DNA of 64,000 nucleotides from Longimicrobiales bacterium (GTDB lineage: Bacteria > Gemmatimonadota > Gemmatimonadetes > Longimicrobiales > Gaopeijiaceae). The notes beneath the pieces are model-generated. The model did no database searches, had not been told where the DNA came from, and was given only the letters and a program-made list of their open reading frames with translations. Each line of letters starts with the position of its first letter. Position 1 is the stretch's first letter. Positions 63,794-64,000 of the stretch are shown here, one piece after another. Made by a program: the position numbers and the translations under genes. Location of the stretch: NCBI GenBank assembly GCA_965198065.1, contig CBDAON010000004.1:384001-448000 (forward strand), in the 5' to 3' direction.

Positions 63794-64000
63794 GCCCTCC
63801 TCGCCCTCGCAGTCGAACTCGAAGATGAAGGGCGCTCCGACGTTCGTGTCGGTACCGCAATCCAAGAAGTCAACGGTTACCGACGTGACCGTGCCGGCCC
63901 CAAACTGGATGGGAATCGCCGTGATGCCGAACTCGGAGGTATTGGAACCGCCGTACCAGATGAGGCCGTTCTCGTCGGTGAAACTGGCCACCGTGCCGTT
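63790..64000 (-). pseudogene. Beta-rich extracellular protein fragment entering from beyond the window, truncated
   Basis: TDENGLIWYGG...VTSVTVDFLDCGTD...FEFDCEGEEG then antisense of the membrane gene. Confidence 0.55.

Overview
High-GC (roughly two-thirds) bacterial window. The Ig-like (BIG2) and HAF lipoproteins, BTAD-TPR regulator, NHL/Sel1 repeats and membrane-sensor motif suggest Gemmatimonadota (inference only). Layout: (1) 1-11.8 kb is accessory DNA ending at tRNA-Leu(TAA). It holds a PD-(D/E)XK-like gene behind an element end at 1898, a four-gene PRTase / RHH-DprA / HAD / PUA-like-Zn-finger operon resembling an expanded, split ShosTA defence system (best candidate for an undescribed system), a His-motif + DUF1828 gene pair, a Sel1 protein with identical 108-bp repeats, and a truncated P4-like integrase. 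(2) 12.8-47.6 kb is mostly metabolic and envelope genes: DtxR/MntR-laccase-ZIP operon with operator, korAB-ferredoxin-FNR, egtBD, GntP permease, serine-glyoxylate aminotransferase, glycerate kinase, PQQ-type dehydrogenases, a cytochrome P460-fold-cupredoxin fusion and a giant CPBP protein. (3) 47.6-57.3 kb is a decaying cluster of outer-membrane barrel genes with an IS256 insertion and a BTAD-TPR regulator. (4) 59.4-63.3 kb is a nest of IS1595 and two IS3 elements. Throughout, there are many 1-2 bp indels in G/C runs, several in-frame amber stops, and five junctions where two converging genes are both cut off. These reflect either genome erosion or read/assembly artefacts. All family calls come from motif recognition by eye, not database searches.
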